A stretch of DNA of 64,000 nucleotides from Candidatus Undinarchaeales archaeon. GTDB taxonomy: Archaea; SpSt-1190; JASMDC01. The notes under the pieces are model-generated. The model ran no database searches and was not told the DNA's origin. It saw nothing but the letters and a program-made list of their open reading frames with translations. Location of the stretch: NCBI GenBank assembly GCA_030753015.1, contig JASMDC010000016.1:1-64000 (forward strand), given 5' to 3'. The number at the start of each line of letters is the position of its first letter. Position 1 is the first letter of the stretch. Shown piece by piece: positions 45,784 to 56,247 of the stretch. Position numbers and translations under genes: made by a program.

Positions 45784-48700
45784 ATGGTGAACGAACGATT
45801 GCACAGAACCATTTTTATGGCATTGATCTGCGTATTCTTGCTGGCGGCGATGGGAACTAGCGTAAATGCTCGTTTCCAAAATGACTATTCCACGACCGCA
45901 AATATCCGCTATTATTGTAACGGAGCGAAGATCACCTCAACAGACTCAGATTCCGATAGCATGCGGGATTGTTTCTCCACGTATCCAAAAGGCACGAAAG
46001 ATGGCAATGACATCCAAGAAGGATCCCATCCATCGGTAGTAAACAAGATCATAACAAGGTGCAAGAGTGACATCATCGGCGAAAATGTCTACGACCAGGA
46101 TTCCAGGTGCGACAACTGTCGCTATGTCTCCCATGTCTACTACTCCCTCGTCCAACCCACCAACGCTGGTTTCGGCGGCGATGAGGTGAAGTGTACCCAG
46201 GTCAAGTTCCGTAAGTGCTCGATGTCCGGCTATACCGGAAGCAAGTCATGCATCATTGAGAACGATGGCAAGAAGGCCGGACGGAATTGCGAGGCGGACG
46301 GGAAGATTACAGCGTGTGTCGACAAGTGTTGTCCTCAGGGTACGGGCTGCTCCGGTGGAAAGTGTGTGCCGAAGAACACCGGTACGGGAACAGGCACTGG
46401 TACCGGTACTGGCACCGGCACGGGAACGGGTACCGGCACTGGTACCGGCACGGGAACAGGTACTGGTACGAGCAGTGAGCAGGTCTTCCACATCTGCAAG
46501 GTTGCTTCAGGTTCGACGATAAGTTACGCGTGCCAATCAGGATGTACCGATAAGGTTGTTCCACACGGATTCTCCAAGCAAACTGAATGCACGGCCGCGA
46601 TGAATCTTGCAAAGAATACCTGCCCCTATCAAAAGGAAGGTAAGACCCTAGCGATCAAGCTCGGCGAGTGCGCTGTCGATGGAGAAAACCACTATGAGGC
46701 CCGATGCCTCCTTACAAGGGTGACCGATAAAGCAGTGAAGTCCTTAATGTTCCCTGATAAAAAATGCTCGAAGTCCGCCAAGGACGCAGCTACCAATAAC
46801 CAGGACCAGACGAACGCAGCTGCTAACTTCGACGATAGTGCCGAAAATACACGCAAAGATGCAAACAAATACACTGAAGCAAATAATGCCCTCGAAGCGT
46901 GCAGGAAGAAGTACCCCGGGCAGGAGGCGGAAAAATGCACGAAAGAGCAGGAGGCTGTAGCCAACGCCAAAGGGAAGGTGGACACTGCATACAAAGAGCT
47001 CAAAGGAAAGTACGATACGGAATGCAAGGAGCCGATCCCCGAGGATAAAAAGGCCACTTGTGCGAGCATGAAAGACGAGCTCGATAAGACCAAGAGCGAA
47101 CTGCTCGACGCCGGCCTTAACAAGTGCTGCAAGAAGGAAAATACCTATTCCATAGAAGGCGCGTGCAAGGACGGTGCGACCGAGGAGTCCGACACGACGA
47201 AATGCAAGCAAGAAGAGAGCGTCTGCTGCCAGGAGACAAAGGATGGCACAAAGTCGTTCCTGACCATCGCGAGGAAGGAATGCAAGGACGGCAAGGACAA
47301 GAACGAAAAGGCGTACACACGCACCGTCGAATCGTCGGCCACGGCCCAGAAGAAGGGGGACCCCGAGCTGATCAAGGTGGACGGCGCGACCACGCCCGCC
47401 CAGCTCAATCCAGCGTCGATCGACTGTTCAAATATCGGAGAGAGCGACTACAACCGCAAGAAGGACCCCGTCCTCAACCTGTGCGATCACATGAAGAAGA
47501 TGCGCACGGCCTTCAACAACATCGACGCGTTCTACTTCGGGAAGAAAGGCCAGGTCTCGGGCCTGCTCGATTATCTCAAGATCCTCAAGGACGCCTTCAA
47601 GGACCAGTGCGATGAATGCAACAAGGCGTTCAATACCTTCAAGGGTGCTGAATACCCGAACTGCGGTAACGCCGACGTCAAAGAGCGTGCGACCATCATG
47701 AAGCTGCAGTACTCGATCGATCAGATCGCTGCGGCCGGGAAGGATGACTTCGGCCCGAAGCTCTGTGATACCGCAGCCGAGAACGTCTGCCTGGGCGATG
47801 AGGCCCGTAAGTGCGCGTTCGACGGTGAGAAGGCCGGTGTTCATAAGAAAGCGATCGAGCAGGCCAAGGCATGCGGAGTCTGCGTCGTCATGTCGTGCTG
47901 CGCTGGCAAGGACGTGAAGGCCGGCGGGTTCGACGATGCGGATTGCTCGGAGAAGAAGATCAATCCCCCGGAAGGACCCTGCGGCTCCAAAAAGAACGGT
48001 AATGGGATAACCCTCTCTGGTACATGGCAATGCAGAAGGGACGAGGTCCAGATCAAGAAGGTGAGGTCCTATGACCTTGGTATCACAGCCCTCAAGCATG
48101 ATGCGCTCAAGGACGAGATGTGCGATGGTGGCGAATCCGACTATGTTGAATGCAATGTGGATGGAGCGGGCGGCAAGCCCAAAGAATGCGCAACAGCGGG
48201 CACAAGCTCACCGACAAGCGCTTGCAAGGATATCCCGGACATCGTTGACAAGGGACTGTATCCTGATCAGGATTGCACCGACACGGTCTGGGACGATCCC
48301 GATAGCGATGATAAAGGCAAGATCGCCGACAACAAGAAGATGAAGTGGTGCAAAGCCCTCACCAAGAAGAACGAGAACAGGGGAATGCTCTGCAAGTACA
48401 AGGAGAAGTTCGACTGCCAGAAGGAGCTCTCGGACTGTGACTGGGAAAAAGGCGGCAATTACGAGAAGGATAGCAATGGGTACGCCGCCAACGTCATCGA
48501 GTGCTACGGCTACCCCGAGAACAAGGAAGAGCCGGGTTGCGACGACTACAAGCCCGAGAAGAGGAAAGAGATCAAGGCGGAGTCGCTCAAGAAGTACACC
48601 TACTGTACCTACAACACGGGCGATAACCAAGGCTTCTTCTGTCAGTATGAAGGACAAGACAAGAAGTCAAGGTGCCAGGACTGGGACGCTAAGGGAGCCG

Positions 48701-51700
48701 TCATCGAGGTCGGCATCTCCGAGAACGCGGCGGTCCTCGAATCCGCGCTGCTCGACTGTCAGACGCAGGCCGCTCAGCTCAAGGACGTGTGCACGCTCTC
48801 CGGGTCCAAAGTGCTCAACGACAACAAGGGAGACCTCAGTCCGTGCGCCATGGAGAAGATGATCGACGACATGATCGACTTCGTCGAGAACTTCCACTAC
48901 AGGTACGCGGGCAAGAACGGCACCCTGCAACAGATCACGAATATCATGAAGAAGACCCAGGGATGCAACGCCGACAGTACCTTCGTACCGGATGCCGAGG
49001 AGTTCACGTCAGAGGCCAAGCCGAAGTCCAACGATGACATCATCGACTCCTATAAATACAAGGGCGCCTCCAAGAAGGGGGAGACCAAGCCTTCCGCTCA
49101 GAACGACGTGGTCATCGTCTACGAGATGAAGGCCATCCACGCGCTCCGGACGGACCAGGAGAACTATGGCATAGGGCTCAAGAAATTCCAGGCCCAAGTC
49201 AAGGCCCTCCTGCAGATGTTCCAGGCCGAAAAGGGATTCATGGATGACATCGAGAGCGCACAGAAGTTCGACTATAAGGTCTTCATCCCTGCCGATTTCG
49301 CGCTCGGTCCTACAAAGACGGGCGACGCCCCCATGTATGATGGGTACGCCTGGAAGGTCTTCGAAGATAACAAGGACGTCTGCACGACCGTGGGCTCCAA
49401 ATGCACGGATATGCAGGACATCAAGGATGAGAAGAAGAAGCTTGAGACGAATACCAAGACCGCGATGGCTATGTGCAAAGGATGCTTCGTGCTCCCGCAA
49501 GTGATCGGCAAATGCAAGAACCAGGGCGATGAATGCAGCCAATGGAGCGTCTGGATGAGCGGGATAACAGGTAAGGACTGCACAATCAAGGGAACGTCTT
49601 CTGCGGAGGACTTCGACTCGCGTGACAATAAAAACGCCGATGCATGGGACGAGCCGATCAAGGGTGCTGCGAAGAACCTCGCCGACAAGACGGTCATGGA
49701 TCCCGAGGCTCTCTTCAACAAGATCGATGGGTGTTTCGACTACTCGATCCAATCCGTTGACGCGCTCGAGGAGTGCAAGAGCAAGAGCGACGGTGATTCA
49801 TGCCGCGGCGGCATCTGCTGCTTCAAGGAATGCACCGACGCCACGGCCTGCCACCCCTATGACCTGAAGTGCAAGTGGAGCAAACAGGACCAGCTCCCCG
49901 AGTCCCAGGGCCACAAGTGCGGCGGCACAGAGGTCGAAGGCAGGTGCTGCTGGGGCCAGTGCATCCCAGGCGAGGGCAACTGCGGCCAGGAGTCTCCGTT
50001 GTGCAATGGCCGCCCCGACGGGAGTGAGTGCGCTCAGCAGGGCACGCAGGGCATCTCCAAGTGCTGCACCATTAGTAACAAGAACTACTGCATCCCGACC
50101 GTACAGTGCAGCGTCACCGATACGTGCTATGGCAAGAACGTCGGCGATTCCTGCAACAACGGGCAGGGCATCTGCTGCGCTGGCATGGGTATTCTAGGTA
50201 CCAACCACATCCCGTACTGCGAGCAGAACAGTAACGTGATAGGGAGCTCCGGTAAGGAGTGGCAGAAGTTGGGGCAGAGAGTCAATATCTTCAAGAACTG
50301 CGGCTCACAGTACCAGCAGCACGACAGTTGCCGGTACGAGGGCCAGCCGTGCGATCCCTTCGGCGGCTCCGGCGGTGGCTATCAAGGCGGCTACAGCAGT
50401 GGCAATCAACAACAGGGCGGCGGCTGGCGCAACTATAATAACAACGACCAGTACCGCTACTCCAGCTACCCTGGTAGCGGCGGCACCTGCTGCAAGATGT
50501 GGGGCGGTGCCACGGTCGCCAAGGTGGACCTCGTCCAGGTGTTCACCTGCTCGCGCACCGCGTGTCGGAAGGAGGAACCCCCAGCCGAGGAAACTCCTGA
50601 GGAAGAGGAGGAGGAAAAGAAGGACGAGGAAGCTGAAGATCCCGAAGCTCGCGAGATCTGCGAGGAGAAGGAGAGCGGCGACTTCTGCAAGTACGGCGAG
50701 GACGACAACAAGGGTCTGTGCTGCACCAAGGACGGCGAGCTCTACTGCAACACCCAGGTCGACGAGTGCCCCGAGGACTGGGGCGACATGACCTGCGAGG
50801 ACAAGGAACTGGGCGATGCCTGCCTGCGGAACACCGAGAACGAGGGTAAGTGCTGCGAGCGCGAGGGATCCGATACTCTCTTATGCTGGCCCGGCGCTAC
50901 CAAGTGCAAGACCGAGATCGACGATCTTGATACAGATCCCGATAATCCCGCCGTGTGCAACGAGGTCTGCAAGACCTGCGCGGATGCCGAGAACTCGCAC
51001 TGCCATGCCCAGACCGGCAACTGTGTTTGCGAGCGGGGCAACGAGTGGAGGCTCACGAGTCAGAAGTGCAACCAGAACGTCCAGGAACCGTCGAACTCGA
51101 AGTACCTCGGCTGCTGCCGTGCAATGTTCGAGGTCGACCTGAGCATCGAGGAGCCTGCCAACACGGACGAACCATATATCGACGGCAGTTCCACGCACAG
51201 CCTGGATACGAACATCGTCTTCGAGCTCAAGAATCCCACCGAGTCACAGGTGTTCGTGTGCGAGGAGTGGTGGAAGATCTACAAGAGCTCCGGCGGCTGG
51301 AAGAACGTCGACCAGGTCATGCAGGAGGCTCCGACCGGGTGCAAGGGCGTCTCCTCGAAGGAGAGTATCTACTGGGACCAAAAGGGTGTCCTGGACGATG
51401 ACATCGAGGACATGGAGGCCGGCAGCTACAAGGTCGAGGCCTGCTACTGCACCAAGGTCGAAGGGACCTCATGCGCATCCGGTCACAAGAAGTGCATAGA
51501 CCGCAAGTTCCGTATCGTGGACCCGTCGTCCCAATCGGGCGACGACCAGGACTTCAGCATGTGTATCGCTCCAGCGAGCATCACAACTACCGTGAGCTTC
51601 GACAAGTGCCAGACCATCACTTCCGAGACGGGTTACTGCTGCAAGTACGGGTTCAAGGAGGAGCCGATCTCGCTATCGTGCTCCACCGACTCCTGCGCCA

Positions 51701-54321
51701 CCCGCCCCGATGGCACCGAGTGCCAGGGCGGCAATGGCATCTGCAAGGACGGAGTGTGCGCCGATATACTCGATCCCGACGACGACGAGTGCGCCGACAA
51801 GGAGGACGGCGAGTCCTGTGATGACGGCAATGGCGCCTGCAACGAAGGACGATGCACAGAGCTCACCGATCCCGACGAGTGTGCCGACAGAGAGGACGGT
51901 GCTAGCTGCAACGGCGGCAAGGACGTGTGCGTCGACCACCGGTGCGTTGATGTGCTAGATCCCGTGGACGAATGCTTCGACCCCACGGTGCCTCTCAAGA
52001 AGGAGGACGGTACTCCCTGCAACGGCGGCAATGATATCTGCAAGGAAGGTAAGTGTGTCGACGTCATCCCCAGCGGGAACTGCACGGGTGCTGCGAACGG
52101 CGACACCTGCAAGAACGGCATGGGCATCTGCACCGACGGAAAGTGCGTCGAGAAGATCCCCAACAACGACGAGTGCGAGTCCCTTGTAGATGGCGAGCCG
52201 TGCAATAACAACGGTGGCGTCTGCACCGAGAGCAAGTGTGTCGATATCATCCTGCCCCCGCCGCAGTGCTACGACAAGACGAACGGCGAGTCCTGCAACG
52301 ATGGCGCTGGCGCCTGCAATGAGGGCGAATGTGTCGATATAATCGAGGACAACACCGAGTGTGGTTCAAAGGAGGACGGTCTCCCGTGCGCAGCGGGCGC
52401 AGGTATATGCGAGGCCAATAACTGTGTCGAGGTAGTATCGCCCGATGAGTGCCGCGACAAGAGCGATGCCACCTCGTGTGACAATGGAAACGGCATGTGC
52501 GAGGAGTATCGGTGCCTCGAGATCATTCCTGGCGATGAGTGCGACGGCATGCCCGAAGGCACCTCGTGCGGTGTCGGACGGGGCGCGTGCATAGAAGGCC
52601 AGTGCTTCAAGGTCACCTCGGGTGCGAACGAGTGCGTCGGCAAGGTCGACGGCGCGGCATGCAAGGATGGCATCGGCTCCTGTCTGAACGGCAAATGCGC
52701 AAAGGTCACAAGCCCCATCAGGGAGGAGTGCCTGCGCAAGCTCAAGGACAACGAGCGGCTGGCTGCCCGGTGCGAAGAGGCCGCCCGCGAGGTGGACATC
52801 ACCTGCGAGACCGACTGCATGGCCGAGTACATCGAGAGCAACCTGCAGAAGGACTGCCTGAAGAGCTGCAACGAGAATCCTGTCCTCAACGACAAGGTCG
52901 TCGCCTGCGGCATGGACGAGTCCTGTCTGCGGGTCGAAAAGGCGCTGTCACCAGAACTCCATGTCACCCTGCGCATGATGCGCGGCGATGACTACTCCAA
53001 CACGTTCTATATCGGAGAGGAGACGCAGATCGATGTCATCATCGACAACGCGGGTGAGTTCACCTTCAGCGGTGCCGTCGAGGTCAAGCTCAAGACCGTC
53101 GAGGACTGCGACTGCCCCGAATGTCCGACCGGCTACACCTGTGACTGTGTGTGCGAGGAGAAGGTGTCACCCGTAACGACCAGGGAAATCGCACTCCTGC
53201 GACCCGGTGAGACCTTCAGGTACAGGACCAATGCGATGGTCCTTGACGAGAGCTACACGGGCAAGTCCGTGCAGCCCTACGCCGTGGTCACAAAGAGCAA
53301 CAAGGCCATCTACTCTGCAGAGGGCGAGCTCGTGAACTTCATCGAGATGGGTTCTCTAGAGCTCACCGACGCCTACTTCGAAGTGAACGGAGAGAGCACC
53401 ACGTCGGCCTACCCCGGCGTTACCGCTGATGGTAAGTTGAAGATAACCTCCGAATGGTTCCCGCTCAACGTGAGCGTGTTCCTAGCGGTCGAGCAAATCG
53501 AGATCGAGGGATCCCGGGCGACGTATACTATTACGGAACCGGTAAGAGACCTCGTGCTCGCTGCCGAGGCCTATGAGGTTACCACTCGACAGATGGACGT
53601 TATCATCCGCATCGGGGTCGAGGTCAAGGCCCCCGATGGCACGGTCGTGCTACGAGATATCCTGATGGAGCAAGGTGCGGGTACCGCATCCTGCTCAGGT
53701 AAGGTCATGACCACCAAGTGCGAGACGGACAAGACAACGATAGAGATGTCCTACCCGTCAGCGTACCTGGAGGTCAAGGCCCTGAAGCTCCGTGTGGTGG
53801 ACGCCCTCTTCAAGGACATGGAGGGCAAGGCCGTGAACGCCCGGTTCGAGGACACACAGGTCATCGCGACCTTGGAGGTCCAGAACATCGTTCCGTTCTC
53901 GTTCGACGGGAACATCGAACTGCTGGTGATGAAGGACGATGGCAGCGAGGTGGCCGAGGCACACACCACGGTCATCGCGAACCTGGCCGAGCGTGGCGCC
54001 AAGCGGACGATCCAGACCCAGCCGTTCGTGGCCGCCATGGGCAGCACCTACAGGATCTTCCTGCTGGCCAAGGCTGATGATGGCACTGTATGGAACGAAG
54101 AGTCCGTGAGCGAGTACCTCTTCCCCTATGGCTCGCTGAAGGTCCAGGACGCCGGGCAGATGTCGGGCGACAGGCAGGACATCAAGACGAACCTTATCTT
54201 CGCGTCCTGCCAGCTGAACGTCGAGTGCCGTGAGTGCCTGCCGGTGTGCGAGCTCCATGTGGATCCGAACACCTGTCGGCTGACGACCGAGCACTGCGGG
54301 TGCACCTGCGACGCACGGTAA
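45784..54321 (+). CDS. Giant secreted Cys-rich protein (2845 aa)
   Basis: Uninterrupted ORF, signal peptide, (GT)n linker, tandem four-Cys repeats, C-terminal beta-sandwich-like domains; no obvious TM anchor. Confidence 0.88.
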   Translation: MVNERLHRTIFMALICVFLLAAMGTSVNARFQNDYSTTANIRYYCNGAKITSTDSDSDSMRDCFSTYPKGTKDGNDIQEGSHPSVVNKIITRCKSDIIGENVYDQDSRCDNCRYVSHVYYSLVQPTNAGFGGDEVKCTQVKFRKCSMSGYTGSKSCIIENDGKKAGRNCEADGKITACVDKCCPQGTGCSGGKCVPKNTGTGTGTGTGTGTGTGTGTGTGTGTGTGTGTSSEQVFHICKVASGSTISYACQSGCTDKVVPHGFSKQTECTAAMNLAKNTCPYQKEGKTLAIKLGECAVDGENHYEARCLLTRVTDKAVKSLMFPDKKCSKSAKDAATNNQDQTNAAANFDDSAENTRKDANKYTEANNALEACRKKYPGQEAEKCTKEQEAVANAKGKVDTAYKELKGKYDTECKEPIPEDKKATCASMKDELDKTKSELLDAGLNKCCKKENTYSIEGACKDGATEESDTTKCKQEESVCCQETKDGTKSFLTIARKECKDGKDKNEKAYTRTVESSATAQKKGDPELIKVDGATTPAQLNPASIDCSNIGESDYNRKKDPVLNLCDHMKKMRTAFNNIDAFYFGKKGQVSGLLDYLKILKDAFKDQCDECNKAFNTFKGAEYPNCGNADVKERATIMKLQYSIDQIAAAGKDDFGPKLCDTAAENVCLGDEARKCAFDGEKAGVHKKAIEQAKACGVCVVMSCCAGKDVKAGGFDDADCSEKKINPPEGPCGSKKNGNGITLSGTWQCRRDEVQIKKVRSYDLGITALKHDALKDEMCDGGESDYVECNVDGAGGKPKECATAGTSSPTSACKDIPDIVDKGLYPDQDCTDTVWDDPDSDDKGKIADNKKMKWCKALTKKNENRGMLCKYKEKFDCQKELSDCDWEKGGNYEKDSNGYAANVIECYGYPENKEEPGCDDYKPEKRKEIKAESLKKYTYCTYNTGDNQGFFCQYEGQDKKSRCQDWDAKGAVIEVGISENAAVLESALLDCQTQAAQLKDVCTLSGSKVLNDNKGDLSPCAMEKMIDDMIDFVENFHYRYAGKNGTLQQITNIMKKTQGCNADSTFVPDAEEFTSEAKPKSNDDIIDSYKYKGASKKGETKPSAQNDVVIVYEMKAIHALRTDQENYGIGLKKFQAQVKALLQMFQAEKGFMDDIESAQKFDYKVFIPADFALGPTKTGDAPMYDGYAWKVFEDNKDVCTTVGSKCTDMQDIKDEKKKLETNTKTAMAMCKGCFVLPQVIGKCKNQGDECSQWSVWMSGITGKDCTIKGTSSAEDFDSRDNKNADAWDEPIKGAAKNLADKTVMDPEALFNKIDGCFDYSIQSVDALEECKSKSDGDSCRGGICCFKECTDATACHPYDLKCKWSKQDQLPESQGHKCGGTEVEGRCCWGQCIPGEGNCGQESPLCNGRPDGSECAQQGTQGISKCCTISNKNYCIPTVQCSVTDTCYGKNVGDSCNNGQGICCAGMGILGTNHIPYCEQNSNVIGSSGKEWQKLGQRVNIFKNCGSQYQQHDSCRYEGQPCDPFGGSGGGYQGGYSSGNQQQGGGWRNYNNNDQYRYSSYPGSGGTCCKMWGGATVAKVDLVQVFTCSRTACRKEEPPAEETPEEEEEEKKDEEAEDPEAREICEEKESGDFCKYGEDDNKGLCCTKDGELYCNTQVDECPEDWGDMTCEDKELGDACLRNTENEGKCCEREGSDTLLCWPGATKCKTEIDDLDTDPDNPAVCNEVCKTCADAENSHCHAQTGNCVCERGNEWRLTSQKCNQNVQEPSNSKYLGCCRAMFEVDLSIEEPANTDEPYIDGSSTHSLDTNIVFELKNPTESQVFVCEEWWKIYKSSGGWKNVDQVMQEAPTGCKGVSSKESIYWDQKGVLDDDIEDMEAGSYKVEACYCTKVEGTSCASGHKKCIDRKFRIVDPSSQSGDDQDFSMCIAPASITTTVSFDKCQTITSETGYCCKYGFKEEPISLSCSTDSCATRPDGTECQGGNGICKDGVCADILDPDDDECADKEDGESCDDGNGACNEGRCTELTDPDECADREDGASCNGGKDVCVDHRCVDVLDPVDECFDPTVPLKKEDGTPCNGGNDICKEGKCVDVIPSGNCTGAANGDTCKNGMGICTDGKCVEKIPNNDECESLVDGEPCNNNGGVCTESKCVDIILPPPQCYDKTNGESCNDGAGACNEGECVDIIEDNTECGSKEDGLPCAAGAGICEANNCVEVVSPDECRDKSDATSCDNGNGMCEEYRCLEIIPGDECDGMPEGTSCGVGRGACIEGQCFKVTSGANECVGKVDGAACKDGIGSCLNGKCAKVTSPIREECLRKLKDNERLAARCEEAAREVDITCETDCMAEYIESNLQKDCLKSCNENPVLNDKVVACGMDESCLRVEKALSPELHVTLRMMRGDDYSNTFYIGEETQIDVIIDNAGEFTFSGAVEVKLKTVEDCDCPECPTGYTCDCVCEEKVSPVTTREIALLRPGETFRYRTNAMVLDESYTGKSVQPYAVVTKSNKAIYSAEGELVNFIEMGSLELTDAYFEVNGESTTSAYPGVTADGKLKITSEWFPLNVSVFLAVEQIEIEGSRATYTITEPVRDLVLAAEAYEVTTRQMDVIIRIGVEVKAPDGTVVLRDILMEQGAGTASCSGKVMTTKCETDKTTIEMSYPSAYLEVKALKLRVVDALFKDMEGKAVNARFEDTQVIATLEVQNIVPFSFDGNIELLVMKDDGSEVAEAHTTVIANLAERGAKRTIQTQPFVAAMGSTYRIFLLAKADDGTVWNEESVSEYLFPYGSLKVQDAGQMSGDRQDIKTNLIFASCQLNVECRECLPVCELHVDPNTCRLTTEHCGCTCDAR
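46378..46470 (+). repeat. Thr-Gly dipeptide repeat linker within the giant protein
   Basis: T(GT)15 encoded with mixed synonymous codons. Confidence 0.9.
51691..52710 (+). repeat. About 11 tandem four-Cys protein repeats of roughly 30 aa
   Basis: C-x4-DG-x2-C-x2-G-x-G-x-C-x2-G-x-C repeated in the translation. Confidence 0.85.
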
Positions 54322-54343
54322 GGAAAGAGGAACGGGATAAGAC

Positions 54344-54370
54344 GGGAGGGGGGCAGAGCCTCCCTCCCCC
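54344..54370. terminator. GC-rich hairpin between the convergent giant gene and tRNA
   Basis: GGGAGGGGGGC-AGA-GCCTCCCTCCC stem-loop; no clear U-tract. Confidence 0.5.
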
Positions 54371-54411
54371 CCACCCCGGGACCGGTCCAACTATCTCTAG
54401 GCGATAATGTA

Positions 54412-54527
54412 TGCCGGGGGCGTGACTCGAACACGCGGCTTCCAGATGGCTCAGTGCCCACAGGGTAATGACTTAGGCCCTCCGGGCCTTATGAGTCTGG
54501 CACTCTAACCAACTGAGTTACCCCGGC
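54412..54527 (-). tRNA. tRNA-Met(CAT), elongator type, with a 42-nt intron at 37/38 (54448-54489)
   Basis: GCCGGGG/CCCCGGC-A acceptor, ACTC/GAGT D arm, CCAGA/TCTGG anticodon stem, CT-CAT-A loop, GCGTG-TTCGAGT-CACGC T arm; CUCA/UGAG BHB central helix; CCA not encoded. Confidence 0.92.
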
Positions 54528-54577
54528 GTTTGGGCGGGGTACCATCAAGTCTTAAAAAGCTATCTTTGAGCGTCGCC

Positions 54578-55267
54578 TTACCGCGTTATCACGTCAACAC
54601 CATCGTTCGTACCGCAGTACACGATATCCACATGGCCGGTGAACAGCCCGCTCCCGATAACCCCGGGAATGATAGCAAGTCTACGCTCCAGTGCTTCAGG
54701 ATCATCTATCAGGCCGAACCTCGTGTCGAGGATGAGATTACCATTGTCGGTGACAACAGGCCCGTCCTTCGCCGTACCTTCACGCAGGTCCCACTGGCCC
54801 CCCAGCTCATCGATCTCCCGGGCAACTGCCGCCCAAGCAAAAGGGAGCACTTCGATCGGTACGGGCACCTGCTCACCCAATTGCTTGACGCGCTTTGGAC
54901 CATCGGCAAGGATGACCAGGCGCTTTGCGGCATAGTCAACGACCTTCTCCCGGACCATGGCCCCACCTCGCCCCTTGATGAGGTCGAGGTTGGCGTCGAA
55001 CTCGTCACACCCGTCAACTGCCAGGTCCACGACGTCCACTTCATTGAGCGCTACGAGACGGATACCCAGTTGAGTGGCAAGATGCGCCGACTGTATCGAG
55101 GTGGGCACCCCGCACAACTCCAGATTCTCATCGCGGGCCCTTTCGGCAAGGCGTTCAAGAAAGAACGCGGTCGTCGAACCCGTCCCAATCCCGAGCACCA
55201 TCCCGTCCCGTACCTCCTCCAGAGCGGCCGATGCGGCGTTCTCCTTGTTCTGTGTCATCAAGGTCAC
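54578..55267 (-). CDS. rpiA: Ribose-5-phosphate isomerase A
   Basis: GIGTGST, VPTS, DGCDE, IKGRGGAM.REK, P.EV.PF, TDNGN.I.D. Confidence 0.96.
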   Translation of the reverse strand: MTLMTQNKENAASAALEEVRDGMVLGIGTGSTTAFFLERLAERARDENLELCGVPTSIQSAHLATQLGIRLVALNEVDVVDLAVDGCDEFDANLDLIKGRGGAMVREKVVDYAAKRLVILADGPKRVKQLGEQVPVPIEVLPFAWAAVAREIDELGGQWDLREGTAKDGPVVTDNGNLILDTRFGLIDDPEALERRLAIIPGVIGSGLFTGHVDIVYCGTNDGVDVITR

Positions 55268-55364
55268 CTCGTTAGCACTGCAGAGAGCAATACAGAATAG
55301 AGATAAAAGGATGTGGCTCGGCCCCGTGTATAGGGGCAGGCCAGTTCCGACCTGGGACGTCGGC

Positions 55365-55550
55365 TCAGTCGAAGGTCGCCATCATAGGGTCCTCACTGCA
55401 CTCCTTGCAGTAGCGATCTCTCCCCTTGATGACCTTGCCGCATCGCTCGCATGTCTTGATGAGCGTTGCTGGCTTGCCGTGTTCATCGGACCAGTCGAAA
55501 TCCCCGTCACGCGGGTCCATGATCTGTGCTATGTTCGAAAGCACGACCAT
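55365..55550 (-). CDS. Small zinc-finger protein
   Basis: CERCG...YCKEC; AAGGA RBS upstream. Confidence 0.6.
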   Translation of the reverse strand: MVVLSNIAQIMDPRDGDFDWSDEHGKPATLIKTCERCGKVIKGRDRYCKECSEDPMMATFD

Positions 55551-55707
55551 GTAGTGTCCTTGCTCCTATTAATACGTTTCCGCTTTTTTGACCATATTCT
55601 GTCGAATCTGGCGCCTCTATTCTCGCAGGGAAGCTATATCCATGCCAATCCTTGCTCCGCTTTGAATGCATGAGGTCCTATCTGCAATCTGGGACGAACG
55701 GCTCCAC

Positions 55708-56247
55708 TTACCGGAACATCGGTAGCTCTTCGTCCGAGGGAGTGTTGCCTACCTTGCGACCTCGCTCTGCTCCGCATGCACGTTGGACCGCGGAAATGAG
55801 CCACATCAGGATCGAATAGCTGTCCCGCATGGCCTCAAGGAACGATGGCCGGTCTAGGTCATCGAAGAAGAGCTCACGCTGGAACTGTATCCGTGTGAGT
55901 ATGCCCTCTGTTCGATGAAAGGAAGAGAACACACCTCTGGAAACGAGGAACATGTACAGGTCCCATACCAGGTCCTGACGCGTCGAGGCGTTCATTGCAT
56001 TGAGGACGTCCACCTGACCTTGTGCAAAATGCACCCCGGTGAAAAGGATCAGGACACCCGAGCGGTCCTTCGGACGGAGCACGTCGATCCTCTTCGGATT
56101 GGAGGGCGGGTATCGTAAATGGAGACCCCATGCAACGGCATCGTCCTCGAACCTCTCGACCGTGATCGATTCGTCGGCACACCAGCCCTCGATGCGCGCT
56201 AGCAGCGGATCCTCACCCATGGGGCTCACAGTCGCTTGATCAGCCAC
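55708..56247 (-). CDS. DUF2299-like (YbjN-fold) hypothetical protein
   Basis: I.GW..DE, V.RPKDR, LFFDDL....F pattern. Confidence 0.55.
   Translation of the reverse strand: MADQATVSPMGEDPLLARIEGWCADESITVERFEDDAVAWGLHLRYPPSNPKRIDVLRPKDRSGVLILFTGVHFAQGQVDVLNAMNASTRQDLVWDLYMFLVSRGVFSSFHRTEGILTRIQFQRELFFDDLDRPSFLEAMRDSYSILMWLISAVQRACGAERGRKVGNTPSDEELPMFR

Noticed and set aside
46378-46470. Phase-variable microsatellite or CRISPR-like repeat
   Set aside because: In-frame Thr-Gly repeat with varied synonymous codons and no spacers
54412-54527. tRNA-Ile2(CAT) or initiator identity; tRNA as an integration site
   Set aside because: The GCCGGGG acceptor and 37/38 intron fit elongator Met; no duplicated tRNA 3' end or integrase was seen in the window
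54530-55300. 256-aa plus-strand ORF
   Set aside because: Antisense shadow of rpiA
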